64,000 nt of DNA, taken from Camelus dromedarius. Lineage: Eukaryota. The notes under the pieces are model-generated. The model worked only from the letters and a program-made list of their open reading frames with translations. It was not told the DNA's origin and made no database searches. Location: the NCBI RefSeq assembly GCF_036321535.1, contig NC_087438.1:4776001-4840000 (forward strand). The letters run 5' to 3'. Position numbers and translations under genes: made by a program. Position 1 is the stretch's first letter, and each line of letters starts with the position of its first letter. Positions 11,400-23,761 of this stretch are shown here, one piece after another.

Positions 11400-13100
11400 T
11401 TGTTTCCTTAGAGATTGCAGACTTCGACCCTGAATCATTAATGTCTGATGTTCTTTGACGCTTCACCCTCTTACTTAATGATGCAAGGACCGTTTTATCT
11501 CAATTTCACCTTCTTGTAACTTCAATTCCATTGCCCTTTGTGTTTTAATGAGTCATATTTAAACTCCTAAATGTTATTAATATTATTTTTATTATTCAAC
11601 ATTTCTTCAGATTTACCCAGGTGTTTATACATTTTTTAATTAATTTTCATTTCTATTCTTTCCTGCATCTTTACCTTTCAAGTGAAATAATTTTTCTTCT
11701 ACCTGAAGGCATGTTAGTATGTTTCCTGTCTTGTAGTTCTGTTAGTAATTATTTAATTTTAAAATTTTTGTTCTTGTTGTCTGAATTATATACTTCAAAG
11801 TGGAAGAAATGTATTTTTTTGGATGTACACTTCCAGTTTGTTGGTGGTGGTTTGCTTTTTTTTTTAAGTGGAGGTACTGGGGATTGGACCCAGGACCTCA
11901 TGTATGCTAAGCATGCGTTCCATCAGGGAGCTATATCCAGCCCCCCTATTTTGTTGTTTTATTTTTCTTTTCACATTATGAACGCATCGTTGCATTTTCT
12001 TCTGTTTTCCTTTGTTCCTGTTATGAAGTGAGCTCCAAGACTTACTGCTGCTTCTTTGAATATAATCTTTTTCTGGCACATTTTCATATTTTCTTTTCAT
12101 GTATGAGTTTCTTTAAATTTATTCTGGAATTTGGGCTTCCTTTTTATTTGTGTGGCTTGGCAAATCAAGGACTTTTTCAATTTGTGTCTCAACATCTTTA
12201 TTAATTTTTTAAAATTTTCATCCATTTTCTCCTCGAGCATTGTTTCTACTTTGTATTAAATCTCCTCTCTCTCTGGGGCAGTTATAAATATTTTCACTTA
12301 CCCTTCTTTTTTTTTTTATTCCTTCTTTTTATTCGGTGCTTCATTGTGGATTTTTTCTGTCCCATCTTTCAGTTCACTTATTTTCTATTCTGCTGTGTCT
12401 AATCATTGATGATTGATCTAATAAATGCTTAATTTTAGTCATTTAATTTATATGTCTATATTTTTTTTTATTTTTCTGTTTTATATCTTTGAAAATGCAG
12501 GTCTGTTTCTATTGTTTGTTTGGCTTTTTCCTTCATTTTAATTCATGCTATTTGTCTGATTGTGTGCTGGTCATTTTTGGTTGAGAGCAAGGCATTGTGT
12601 ACAGAACTGTATAAATACCCTTGAGGCCTAGAATAATGGTTCTTTCCTCCAGAGAATATTTAATTTTTAAATTGAATTTTGCTTTTGACAGATGTTGGCA
12701 CAAGATTTTGGTATCATCTTAATCCAATCTCAGGGTCTGAAATGATTCACTTTGGTAATTGCTAAGGCTAATTTATTGCTTTTTTAAAAGCTCACTTTTA
12801 CCTGACAGCGTGTCTCATAAGCATCATGGCTTAAATATTGGGTAGCTTGGCAGGACCTTCTCCCACTATTTGTAGGATCATTTTCCCCCATAGACCTATT
12901 AGTCTGTCAGAAGTACTGCTCATATTTTTAGTTCTTTTTTTTTTCTACACTTTCCAGAATTTGGAAGATGCCATTAAGTGAAATTGTGCCCCAAGTTTTC
13001 CTCTCTTGGATCTAATTTCTGAAGATATCACAACCTTACTAGCTCTCTAACATCTTCCAGCAGACTTTTTAGATCATGTCCAGGTCTCCTTGTTGTCCTC
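11400..13100 (-). mobile_element. Ancient L1M/HAL1-like 5' and ORF1 region
   Basis: Long T-rich strand with motifs such as tctttcagttcacttattttctattctgctgtgtctaatc, typical of antisense L1/HAL1 ORF1. Confidence 0.6.
11856..11946 (-). mobile_element. tRNA-derived SINE, camelid Vic-1-like (short form)
   Basis: Reverse complement reads ggggggctggatatagctccctgatggaacgcatgcttagcatacatgaggtcctgggtccaatccccagtacctccac then an A-tail; homologous to the copies at 13772 and 19869. Confidence 0.85.
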
Positions 13101-13771
13101 AGTAGAAGCATTGCTCCAAGTTTTCTAGTCCACCCTCTATTCATTCTTGAATCCACAACATTCTGAATTTTCCCACTACTGCTCCACCAAAACCTCTCTT
13201 TATAAAATCACTGGCAGCCTCCATACCAGAAACTCTGATGGACATTCTCAGCCCTTGGCTTTCCTGAACACTCCTGATCATTTGATTCTGTTGTCCTTTC
13301 CCTTCTTCTAAAAAATGTCCTGTTGATTTCCTTCTTTCCCATCTGATCGCTTCTCATTCTGCTTTGCCATTATCTCTTCCTCTTCCAAACAATCATGCTG
13401 TCTCCCTGAGTGAGCTCATCCATTCCAGCAGCCTCATTAGCATCTATGTATTGATGGCTGTCCACGTTATGTCTCTAGAGAAGACCTTCCATTGTAAGCT
13501 CCACTATGCTGCATAGCCACACCTGAAACGACTCTACCTGGGTACCTCAGTGGCATCTCATCCTAAATATGATCAAGTAGCATCACCTTTCCCTAAGCTT
13601 CACAAACATCCTAATGCCTTTCAGTTCTTAGTTCCACATCATCACTCAGTTTCCAAACCTAGCTGATTATTTCTTCTAAATATCTCTCAAATACATCTAT
13701 TTTTCCTGTCCCTATTACTGCTTTTGGCCAAACCACAAGCATGTCTAGCCTTCTTAACCCAACATTTATTC

Positions 13772-13863
13772 TTTTTTTTTTTTAATAGAGATACTGGGGA
13801 TTGAACCTAGGACCTTATGCATGCTAAGAACATGCTCTACCACTGAGCTATACCACCTCCCCC
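13772..13863 (-). mobile_element. tRNA-derived SINE, camelid Vic-1-like, with TSD
   Basis: A box (tagctcagtggtagag) and B box (ggttcaatccc) on the minus strand; TSD acatttattctt (13762-13773) / acattcattctt (13864-13875). Confidence 0.9.
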
Positions 13864-13899
13864 ACATTCATTCTTGCTGCTGCAAAAATATTCCCTATC

Positions 13900-14171
13900 T
13901 GTGTCCAAACTGGTCAACAGTAAGGCTCTGTATATCACAGGCACTCGGGTACTCAGACCGACAGGTTCCATTTTGACATGCGCTCGTACAATCACAGGAA
14001 CATGGAAAGGAGAGCATGGCGAACCTCACTCCAGCTCCTGAATTTTCCACCGTAGAGTGACTCACGTTATTCCCATTCCCTTCCCACTGGCTGGATAGAA
14101 TCCTATGACCACACCTAGCTCAACAGGGTGGGGGCATATAGTCACCCCAGGATTAGGTGAGCACATATTAC
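13900..14171 (-). mobile_element. Old MaLR LTR fragment (MLT1K/J-like)
   Basis: gtgactcacgttattcccattcccttcccactggctggatagaatcctatgaccacacctagc resembles old MLT1 LTRs. Confidence 0.55.
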
Positions 14172-14649
14172 AGTATATTACATTTTCTCTGCCTCCTGTC
14201 CCCATCCTTCCTTTTCCACAACTTTGACATAATCAGCTCCTACTTCACATAGTTGTTCCAATATTGCTTTTCCAGGAAAGTATTTCCTTCGTTTGTGCAT
14301 TAGTCTAGTTGCTTCCATTAAGTCCTCATTCATCACACTAACCGTTGTTTAGTTTATGCCTCAGGCTCTTGCCACATTGTAAGATTCATGAGGACCAAGT
14401 CTCTGTCTGCCTCCTTGCTTCTGTGTCCCTTGTGCAAAGCCCAGGATCTAGCCCTTAGAAGGCTTCATTAAATAGTCATTGAGTAGATGAATGAATGGCT
14501 ACCGTTTGTCAAAGGAAGCACAGTATGACTTAAACAATAAATGTGACCAATAGCTGGCAGTTAGCTTACCATTGGGAGGTGGAAATAACTCCTTTCTAAC
14601 TGGAAAAGGGTAGGTACTGATGCTGATATAAGGAAGATCTACATTTTAA

Positions 14650-14770
14650 CACCACTGTGACCATGCACTGGTTGGTTAACTTCTTTGAAAGTCCATATTC
14701 ACCTATGAAATGGGAATACTGTCTGAGTTAGTTCATGGTGTGGTTGTGAGGATAAGGACCAACAAAACTT
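14650..14770 (+). mobile_element. MIR fragment
   Basis: ctgtgacc...ttaacttctttg...cacctatgaaatgggaata...ggttgtgaggataa. Confidence 0.6.
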
Positions 14771-15744
14771 ATCATATCCAGTTCATTTTTAAGAATAGCT
14801 ATTTAAAAAAAAAAGATGTTTTCAGGGAATTCCTTCATTACCAATTTCCCCCTCTCGCTTCATTTATTCTTCTTTGTATTTCCGTCTCTTTCTTCCCTCC
14901 TTCCTCCTCTTCATGATGTTTGCAGCTAACATTTAAGGTGCTTTACTCGTTTGAGGCACTGTGGTAACTGCAATTGTTTACCTAGCTTTATTCCCATGAA
15001 TTAAGTACTAGTTCTAGCCCTGTTTTAACTTCTGTTAAGTGAACAGTAGTTTTACTTGATAATTCTTCATTTTTCTGAAGTTCAGCTGCCATTGTAAATC
15101 ATTAGTTGGAATGACACTTATGTCATTTTTTTCTCTGTATAGCAACAATGAAATTTTGTTTATGCTCCAAGATTATGGACCTGTACAAAGGAGTTCTAGT
15201 TCTTGTCACTAAAATCATTTGTAGAGACAGGATGCACTGTGGTCGATCCTAACTACGTCAGTCACCCTGTCGCTTAGTAGCTGTCTTGGCTAATTTGGGT
15301 CCTAGTTAATTTAGGTTACTCTCCAAGTGTTAGTTGCCATTTTTTTAAAATAGAAATGAAAATAGATGCCTTGTAAGCTTTTTTTTGTGAAGATTAAATA
15401 ACATCATTTGAAAAAGTCTAACATGGAACATACGTATAATAGGAACTGTGCAAACTATAATTGCTTTTATATTTATTACACAGTGCACACTTAAGGAGAT
15501 AGGTTGGTTGGGTATAATTCATTTACATAGATCCAAATGTTAACCTGTTCAGAGCATGACTAATAATAATAGACATGAACTTACCTCATTTTAGTCTAAA
15601 GCTGGTTTGAGAAAAAGGTCTTTGACCATTGTGTATATCATTGTATATCACAGCTCTAAACTCTTCTAGAAGAATAAAAATCGATGGAGTTAATCTACAA
15701 TATAAATAATATATAATATTAATTTTATTATATGAAATAATTAT

Positions 15745-15980
15745 TATAATAGCTAATACTTACTGAGGACCTACTATGTTCCAGACACAGTTCTAAATGG
15801 TTATATGTATTAACTCATTTACTCTATACAACTATCTTAAGATGTAGTTCTACGCATCCCATTTTTCAGGTGAGAGAACTGAGGCACAGAGGGTTTCAGT
15901 GACCCACCCAAGGTAAAACAGCTAGCAAAGCATTGTGGCTGAGATATTGTCTAATGCATCCAGCCTCTGAAATCCAGGAT
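15745..15980 (-). mobile_element. Near full-length MIR
   Basis: atagctaatacttactgaggacctactatgttccagacacagttcta...cccatttttcaggtgagagaactgaggcacagagggtt. Confidence 0.85.
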
Positions 15981-15984
15981 CTGA

Positions 15985-16177
15985 CCCAATGTTGGCAAGA
16001 GCTCTTTCTGTGATAGTGGGGGTACTTCACATCTGCACTACTCTGCACGGTAGCCCCTAGCCATGTGGCTGTTGAGTAGTTGAAATATCACTCTTGGAAT
16101 CAAGACCCTCTTTCGAATTGAATTGAATTGAAGTATAAATAGATGCACATGGCTGGGAGCTGTCACGTTAGCGCAGC
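15985..16177. mobile_element. MER3-like hAT-Charlie MITE
   Basis: ctttctgtgatagtggg...cggtagcccctagccatgtggctgttgagtagttgaaat...cacatggctgggagct. Confidence 0.7.
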
Positions 16178-18209
16178 TCTAACCTCTATATTCCGTGCCT
16201 CCTCCAGTTAAAATTAAAACGCCCAATGCATTCATGATAAAATTGATACATCACATTTAAAAAATGAAAACATAAGTATCTCTAGGACGGTTGAGTTGAC
16301 ATGATTATTTGTACTTGTGCTTGATGGAATGCAGCCAAAACATTTCTTTTTAATTCTAGCTTTGTTTAATAAAATAGTTTAAGACCTTAAATTTTTTCTC
16401 TGACAAACGAAACCCCAAAAGCAATAATATAATGCAAATTGACTGCTTCACTGCATGAAAAAAGAGTTTTTGGAGTAAAACACAGCACAGGCAAAATTAA
16501 AGGCCAGTGACAGACCAGGAGAGTGTTTTCATGACAAGGAACTGACCTGTGCAACATGAAGTGCCAACAAGGAGGAGGAGACCAAAGAACCAACAGGAAA
16601 ATGGATAAAGGCCATGAACAAGTGAAGAAATGACAGACAATGGTGAAGAAACATCATTAGATGCCCAACTTTACTAATGACAAAATGGATATTTATAAGC
16701 ATATATTTAGGGCAATAAAAAAGCTCGAGTTTGTCGAGTTTGGCCACCAAAAGAACTGCCAGTGGTGAAGGTTGTGACTGTTACACCACTGACCACCTCC
16801 AAGGGAGATGGTGGAGTTGTCTTCTCTTCTGGTTCTAAGAAATCAGCCGGCTGAGCCTGGAAATTGTGTCCCTGGCACAGTTGAGGGTGCGGTCCCAGGA
16901 GTCAAGTGAGGGCTTGAGTTTCTGCTCTCCCACTCATCAGCCTTGTGACTTACATGGTCCATTCACATCTTATCCTCAGCCTCCCCATCTTGCAAGGCTT
17001 TGTGGGACACTGATGCCCTAGCACAAATGGCATCACTTGCCAAAGCATGTGTCTGGGTGACATGGACCATCACTGCAGTATTTTATATAAATAAAAACAT
17101 GGTCAATGAACTGGTCACCTACTTTTCTTAGTAGCTCAATTTTTTGCTCTATTAAAATTTGTTTCCAAAGGATTCAAAAATGTGTAAATTCAATTCTTTG
17201 GACTTATATAAAAATGTTACAAATAGCATTTATCATTCATCTGCATCCTGCTGACTGCTGAAGGCACTGAGCTGGGTTCTGTGGAGCATTCACAGTAGAA
17301 CCTGCCGGGGTCTGACCAGGTCGAGATGAGGCGGTTCAATGTGGGCATGAAAGAGTATGACACAGGTGCAGCCTCACAGGTGCCAATCAAGAGAACTTCA
17401 TAATAATCTGCACTTCATCCGTCCCCATACCTGAAGCTTCCTGTTTCCCAAACCATAGAACTATATAGGATCAGCCAATTTAATTGCTCATACTACTGCC
17501 TTATATTATGATTAAAGTGATTTTTGATTATTCAATTAAAATGCAAACTCCATTTCAAATATACTTTCACACAGATTTTCAGAGTAAAACTATGTTTAGA
17601 CTAAAAAGATTTTTTTTAATTTTTAATAAAAGACTAGGCTTAGAGTTGAAGAAATTCACTTGTTTTTCTTCATCAAGATGCACTTGCTGTCCGCACAGAT
17701 GGAAGACAACTATAAATTTACAACGTGTGTGGGCTTAGTGGGTCTAAAAAAGTTATGTCATTATTTATATCTTCCTGTAGGAAAGACCTTGTCTGGGGAG
17801 AAGAGAAACAGCTCAGGCTGCCAAACCTGGTTGATAGAATTATTAGCTAAAAAAAGACTGAGGTTTTCTTCCCGCTGAAACATAAATATGAATTTATTAT
17901 TGACACTTTCAGTGTCTTGGAGCCCTTGGACATTGTTTGTGGCGTGTGGGAAAGCAGATATTTAACTCTTTTATTGTCACCAAGCCTGCCAGGTGCTTGT
18001 CACTTTTCTGGACTCAAGGCCTATGCACAGAGGCCACAAAAAAGTACCAACAAAGTCAGTCTTGTCATACATTTTTGAAGACGAATCCTTTTGATCTTGG
18101 ATGTGAAAGTGACTTGTGCCCAGCCCTGTGACTTTTATGAGTTGTTTTTTCTTTTTCCTTTTATTTCCAAGTAGCAAAAGGAAGAATAAAACAACTGCCC
18201 ACAGGAGAA

Positions 18210-18325
18210 TGCTGAATGAATGAAGACACTCATTCTTGCTGTGGTACAGTGCCTGGTACCTGGGACACAAAGATCAATCAGTATAATAGAGTCCCTGCCT
18301 TCTGGGAGCTCAGAGTCTAGAGGAC
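18210..18325 (-). mobile_element. L2 3' fragment
   Basis: agtccctgccttctgggagctcagagtctag is an antisense L2 motif. Confidence 0.5.
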
Positions 18326-19199
18326 TCTGTGTGATTTAAGCCGGTGACAAAGGCTGGTCGACGTCAGCTGGCTGCACCATTGTGTCTACTTGGTTGCCTG
18401 TGTATCTTCTGTGAAGATGCTCTAATGCCTGCCCACTCCTGTATGCCCTTCCACATACTTCTGTCCAGCCTTTGTGTACACCAACCAACCTACTTTCCAG
18501 GCTGCCGACTAGCTGGCTGGGCTATTCATCACTGCCCTACTGGTCTTGTATGTGGTCTACCCTTTGGTCACTTCTCTCTTTGTACACAGTGGATGGCCAA
18601 GCACATTGTCCCAAACTGCCCACTGGGAGGATTTCCCTCTCCACTGTCTTCCAAGACCACACTTGAGTGAGACTGTCATCAGCTGACACTTACTCTCAGC
18701 TGGTCCCTGTATTCTGAGCCAATCCACCCATAATACCCAGCTGGGGATTTTCCCCCTCCTGCTGGTTGTACACAATATTCAATTAATCCATAGGCCTGAG
18801 CTGAGTATATTCTCTTCTGCAGAAAGCGTTAGTGTGTTTTTGGTTGTACGTGTGATAGTGGCATCATGTGAGTGAAAAGCATGCCTTTGTCATCATTCTT
18901 ATTTGGAAATGAGTAATGGTTTAGAGAGATGCATGCAGGTGTCAAGTTGGCAAAGGGTGCCCTGTGAAGGTGTCCCATGGACTCAGCAAGAATGTCTCTT
19001 AGAAATCCCTTCCTGGCACATTTCCATCTGTGATGAGCCACGAGGGGCAGTTTGTGTGAGATTTGGGGAGTGGGAGTGAAGCAGTGTTCATCTTGCTCTC
19101 TATGTTGAAAAGGGCAGGGCAGGGACTGTGTGGCACACATGATTCTAGTAAACTGGAGCAGTGTGGACTCATCTTTGCCCTGGTCACACATTAATTTTT

Positions 19200-19300
19200 T
19201 TACTAAAGTGTGCAAGGTAAATATTTTTATTCCCATTTGACATGTGAGGAAATGGAAGTACAGTGGGGCTATGTAACAGACAAGACCATGCCACTGTGAG
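19200..19300 (-). mobile_element. MIR core fragment
   Basis: attcccatttgacatgtgaggaaatggaagtacag. Confidence 0.6.
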
Positions 19301-19868
19301 CAACAAAGCAAGGACCCACGTCCAAACCTGGCCAACTTCTCCCCCCAGGCCCAACGCAGTGAAGATTAAGGTTGCATTTTTAAGGAGCTGCAGTGACTGC
19401 CCAGGCCCTGGAGGGACTGCCCTCCTCTGGGTTTCCAGGCGTCCTCTTCTCTCTGGGCAGTTGCCAGTACAGGACAGGTATTCAGCTGTATTCAGGAGAC
19501 CTGTTTATCTGTCTTGGTTCCCTTTCCTCTCCTATAAACTCTGGGGGAGTGGAGACAAGCGTAAGAGATGTCAAACTCGACACGTGGCATCATCAAGGGC
19601 TGGGATTTTATCTCTTGCAGTGAAGCCATCTTTCTGATGCCACCCATTCAGTTCTATACAGATGCTCATGCTGAAGGCAGGTAAGCATTATGATACCATG
19701 GCTTTCTACCCCTTGGGGACACAGAAATCTCAAGAAAGGTTTTGCTACTAATCAGCTCATTATTTAAAGAGGAAACTGCTGGGTTCATCAAGAATCAGTG
19801 ACTCCAACCAAAAATGAAACCATTGATCACTTGGAGCCAAGACTTTGAATTTAAGAATGAACAGTAGT

Positions 19869-20017
19869 GGGAGGGTATAGCTCAGGAGTAGAGTGCATGC
19901 TTAGCGTGTGCAAAGTCCTGGGTTCAATACCAAGTACCTCCATTAAAAACAAACAAATAAATAAATAAATAAATAAATAAACCTACCTAATTACCTCCCC
20001 CCCAACACACACACACA
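19869..20017 (+). mobile_element. tRNA-derived SINE, camelid Vic-1-like (long form), with perfect 14-bp TSD
   Basis: gggagggtatagctcaggagtagagtgcatgcttagc...ctgggttcaatacc; (AAAT)n, ctaattacctccccccc and (CA)n tail; TSD aagaatgaacagta at 19853-19866 and 20018-20031. Confidence 0.92.
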
Positions 20018-21190
20018 AAGAATGAACAGTAATTGCATTATTTCCTTAGTCAGTTCAACCAGTGTATCTGAGATGCTATACTATGTAGACGTAAATAGGA
20101 AAGGAAGACAAAGAAACATACAACTGAAGTAGAATGGGAGGCATTAGTTGTTTCTCATCTTTGTTTGTCAGCACCCGCTGTCCCGTCCGGTGCAAAGTGA
20201 GCACTGGCTGCCTTGGTGTCAGAAGTAAGCATATCTACATCAGGCATGCATTACTTTGCAAAGAACAAGCCAAATTCATGGAAATTCAACTACTTGTGTT
20301 TTACTTTAATAGGACCTGATTTCCAAAGACAATGTTTCTCTTATTTGCACTTAATAAATGTACATTATTTTTAACTGTTGTAAGATCACTGAATTTCTTG
20401 ATCTTTCTCAAGTTAGAAATTTTCAAAGCCAGATGGATATCATAAATTTTTCATAATATTATTCTCAAAAGCAGAATATAAGCTTGTAATTTATCTTATT
20501 TTTAAGCAATATGAACACTGACAGAATCCTAGGACAATTCAACACACAATCAACAGCATTTCAATTTCAGATATATGTTGTTGTCTGAGTATCAAGGTTA
20601 AATGGGTACCTGTCACAGTTCTCTGTGGTATGTTAACCATTTGGATTTGACCTCAGGCTATTACTTGTCTGTTACCTGTCAGCAAGGTTAACCTAATAGA
20701 ATTCTGTCCTTGCCAGCTGAGCTCCACACAGCAGTCTGCCCAAAGGGAATGGATTTTTGATGATCATTAGATGGATTGCTGGGTCTTGGACACCTATTCT
20801 TTTGAAGTTATAGTTTACCTTTGGGGCAAAAACAGTTTCTGACAATTCTTTCTGAAAAGTTTCCATGTTATAATGCCTTGGGCTTATTAGCGACTTCAGG
20901 GTATATAATAAACCAGAGCCCTTTCTCTGTATATTTGCATCCATACGTTACTGCTGCCCACACTCTGGTTCCCGATAATATAAGAAAGATCTGTGTTGTA
21001 CCAAAGGGCTCATCTCCAGGTATTCCTAATACCTGGGAAAAGTTGGTTGTTTCAGAAGAAACTTCAGTTGTGGGGGAAAGGATGGAGCTGGAGTGGGGAG
21101 AGGGGCCTCCTCCACCCTTTCCCCCAATCTTACATCCTGATAAATGATGCTAGCAGTAAGTAGTTTCTCAATGTAAAAACAGGTAATATA

Positions 21191-21403
21191 TCTGTTAATC
21201 CCATACCCCTAATTTGTAACCCTTCTTCACAAACTACTATGTATAAAATAAATAAGCAACAGAGATATATTGTATAGCACAGGGGATTATAGCCATTACC
21301 TTGTAATAACTTATAATGGAGTATATGCTGCAAAAATACTGAATCACTGTGTTATACACCTGAAACTAATGTAATACTGTGAATCAACTATACTTCCAGT
21401 TAA
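21191..21403 (+). mobile_element. Short L1 3' UTR insertion with 5' inversion
   Basis: 21191-21228 antisense and 21229-21403 sense L1 3' UTR; TSD aaaaacaggtaatata / aaaaacagctgatata. Confidence 0.85.
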
Positions 21404-21419
21404 AAAAACAGCTGATATA

Positions 21420-21990
21420 TTTCTTCCAAGTAAATACAGCGTTTTAACCAAGCACAAAAAAAGCAATCACATTTTGAAAGAAATGTGCACTCTGACAAAA
21501 GCATTGGGGAGTAGATATATGGAAATGTTTTCTTGTAATTGGAGCCATATGGTGGTGGTGCTAAAGTTATTGTCACCCTGAAAATTATTTATGCCCACAT
21601 ACTTATAAAATTGGAAACAATTTTATGTCCTGTTTAATCATCTTTCAAATGATGACTTTCAATGAGTTTTAAATCTATTTGTTAACACACTAAAAACATT
21701 CATATTCTGATTACTCTGTGAGAACAGCTGACTGAAATACTAAAACATGGACGTTTAAAAGCTAAATTTTAATAAAACTTTGGCACAGTTGGTTGATGAA
21801 ATTGACAATAAGTATCATAATTTAGTAAATTCAGGATTATTTTGTTGAAGATCATATAGTCTCATGAGGTTTCCTTTTTCAACTAGGTGACCCTTAAACC
21901 ATAAGTCAACCTAAACTAAAGTTAGAACTGTAATTTCATATCAGCTGGTCACAAAGTAAGAAAGAAAGATTCCCAAATATAGTGAAGATA
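21420..21990 (+). mobile_element. Degraded hAT-Charlie transposase 3' region
   Basis: tctcatgaggtttcctttttcaact...cttaaaccataagtcaacctaaactaaagttagaac resembles the coding sequence of the hAT dimerisation-domain motif (LCEVSFS...KxRNKL). Confidence 0.45.
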
Positions 21991-22019
21991 TTTGGCAGCA
22001 TCTTAATATGTTTTTAAAT

Positions 22020-22330
22020 TAAAAATGTTAAATCCCTTTATATTTTGATTCAGCATTAACACTTCAAGGAATCTATTTCAAAATAAAATTTCACAAGAAT
22101 CTATATATTCACATTCAAGGGAATTAATTGTACCATTGTTTAAAATTAAGAAAAATAGAAAGAAAATAATTAAATGTTCAACAAAAAGGGAATAAGATAA
22201 TACATTTTACCAGGAGTAATAACTCACTTTCAATAAAAAATGGCATGGTATTGCAAATCTTGACATGCAAAAGCTTTAGTGTGTAAAAAAAATTAAACAC
22301 AAACTGTTAAGTGAAAAGAGCATTACAAAA
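22020..22330 (+). mobile_element. Old L1ME-type 3' fragment
   Basis: ttttgattcagcattaacacttcaaggaatctatt...taaatgttcaacaaaaaggg...tgttaagtgaaaag. Confidence 0.55.
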
Positions 22331-22759
22331 ATAAAATAAGCTGACTTACACACACACACACACATGCACACACATACCACACTTAACATGAGGTCTCCCT
22401 GAAGGGCAGTTTTTTAGCCATCCCTTTCTACATAACAACCCCCCCCCCAAAAAAAAAAAGAGCATAACATAACATATCAACATGTATATTTTGCATTCTT
22501 CTTGGTCTTTGTGTGTGCACGGATGTATGTGTATGTATATGTGTGTACATGTATGTTTCTATGTATGTATAAAAATATATCGGGGGAGAGCACTAACATA
22601 CTTCTTAGTAGTAAATAAAGATTATTTACTGAGGGTTAGGATTAGCTTGGTATGTTGATAAAGACTGGATTTAACAATTAAAAACTACTTCAATTTTCAG
22701 TGGCATTGTGCAGGCAGAAGTCCAGATTTGTGTATTTAAAAGCAAAAGAGAGGGGTTTC

Positions 22760-23760
22760 TGCCAGCCTATTAGTTGACCAGGAATTCAGCTCAATCCTCC
22801 CATTAAGGACTGCAACAACATATAGAGTAAATTATACGTTATACAAATGTACTTGAACACAAAAGAGACTTAACAAGGTACTGAGTCATTTGGCCAATAC
22901 TAAGAGAAATCCTAAAGGATGAACTTGGCATTTGGGATAACCTTGGCCATGGAGCATTTGCCAGTATAGAAAATAAGGCTAAGACGTGATGTAGTTCATT
23001 AGCCGGCCTCTCACTCAGGGGACCAAAAGTTGGAGTTAGGGATCCATTGGAGTAGGGTCTTGATAAATCTTCTGTGCCTTTGGTTGGAACGTGAAAGTTT
23101 ATACCCCAGGAAACCAGCTTTTACACAGGCTGCAGTCCAACATTGAGTCTTCTGGGTGCTCAGAACAACCATCACTTTCTGAAACTGGATAAAGTCTATC
23201 CTAGGTTGCTAGTACCCTAAGTGTGTAGGAAACTATTAACCATCCTCTCTGGAGGAAGATGACATAATCCTTAGCTGCCAACTGCTTCTATGAATAATAT
23301 TTATGAATAAAATGCTTGGCACAAAAATAAAAGATAACCTGGCAGACAAGGGGAAAACCACATGAATGAAAAGAAAAAGAAGACATGAAAAGCTGTGAGG
23401 TATTGGGATCAGCAAGTAGAAACTATTAAAAAATAATATTTACTATGATCAGAAGATAATAAAAAAGGCTAAAAATTTTAACAGATCTAGAAACAAACAA
23501 GTGACATTGCAATTTTGAAAAGGAACCAAATAGAAATTCCAGAGCTGCAAAATGCAATAAGTTAATGAAGAATTCAACAAGTGGATTTAGCAGCATATAA
23601 GCCACAGCTGAAGAGAGAGTCAATGAACTGGAAGATGGGCAAGAAAAATCCAAAATTAAACACAGAAACGTAAGAAGAATTCAAAAATACAAAAAGAAAT
23701 GAAAAAGATATAGAGAATACAGTAAGAGGAAACTATTTATTCTCCATCACCAATTCTTTA
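22760..23760 (+). mobile_element. Ancient L1M/HAL1-like 5' and ORF1 region
   Basis: A-rich ORF1-like sequence: aaccaaatagaaattccagagctgcaaaatgcaataag...cacagctgaagagagagtcaatgaactggaagat. Confidence 0.6.
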
Positions 23761-23761
23761 A

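Larger units (their letters stand above)
13150..14497 (+). mobile_element. L2 LINE fragments (interrupted by a SINE and an LTR)
   Basis: Pyrimidine-rich L2 ORF2-like sequence; ends in the L2 3' tail attaaatagtcattgagtagatgaatgaatg. Confidence 0.7.

Noticed and set aside
19869..19945. tRNA gene
   Set aside because: The A and B boxes belong to a SINE head with an A-rich tail and TSD; two other diverged copies are in the window.
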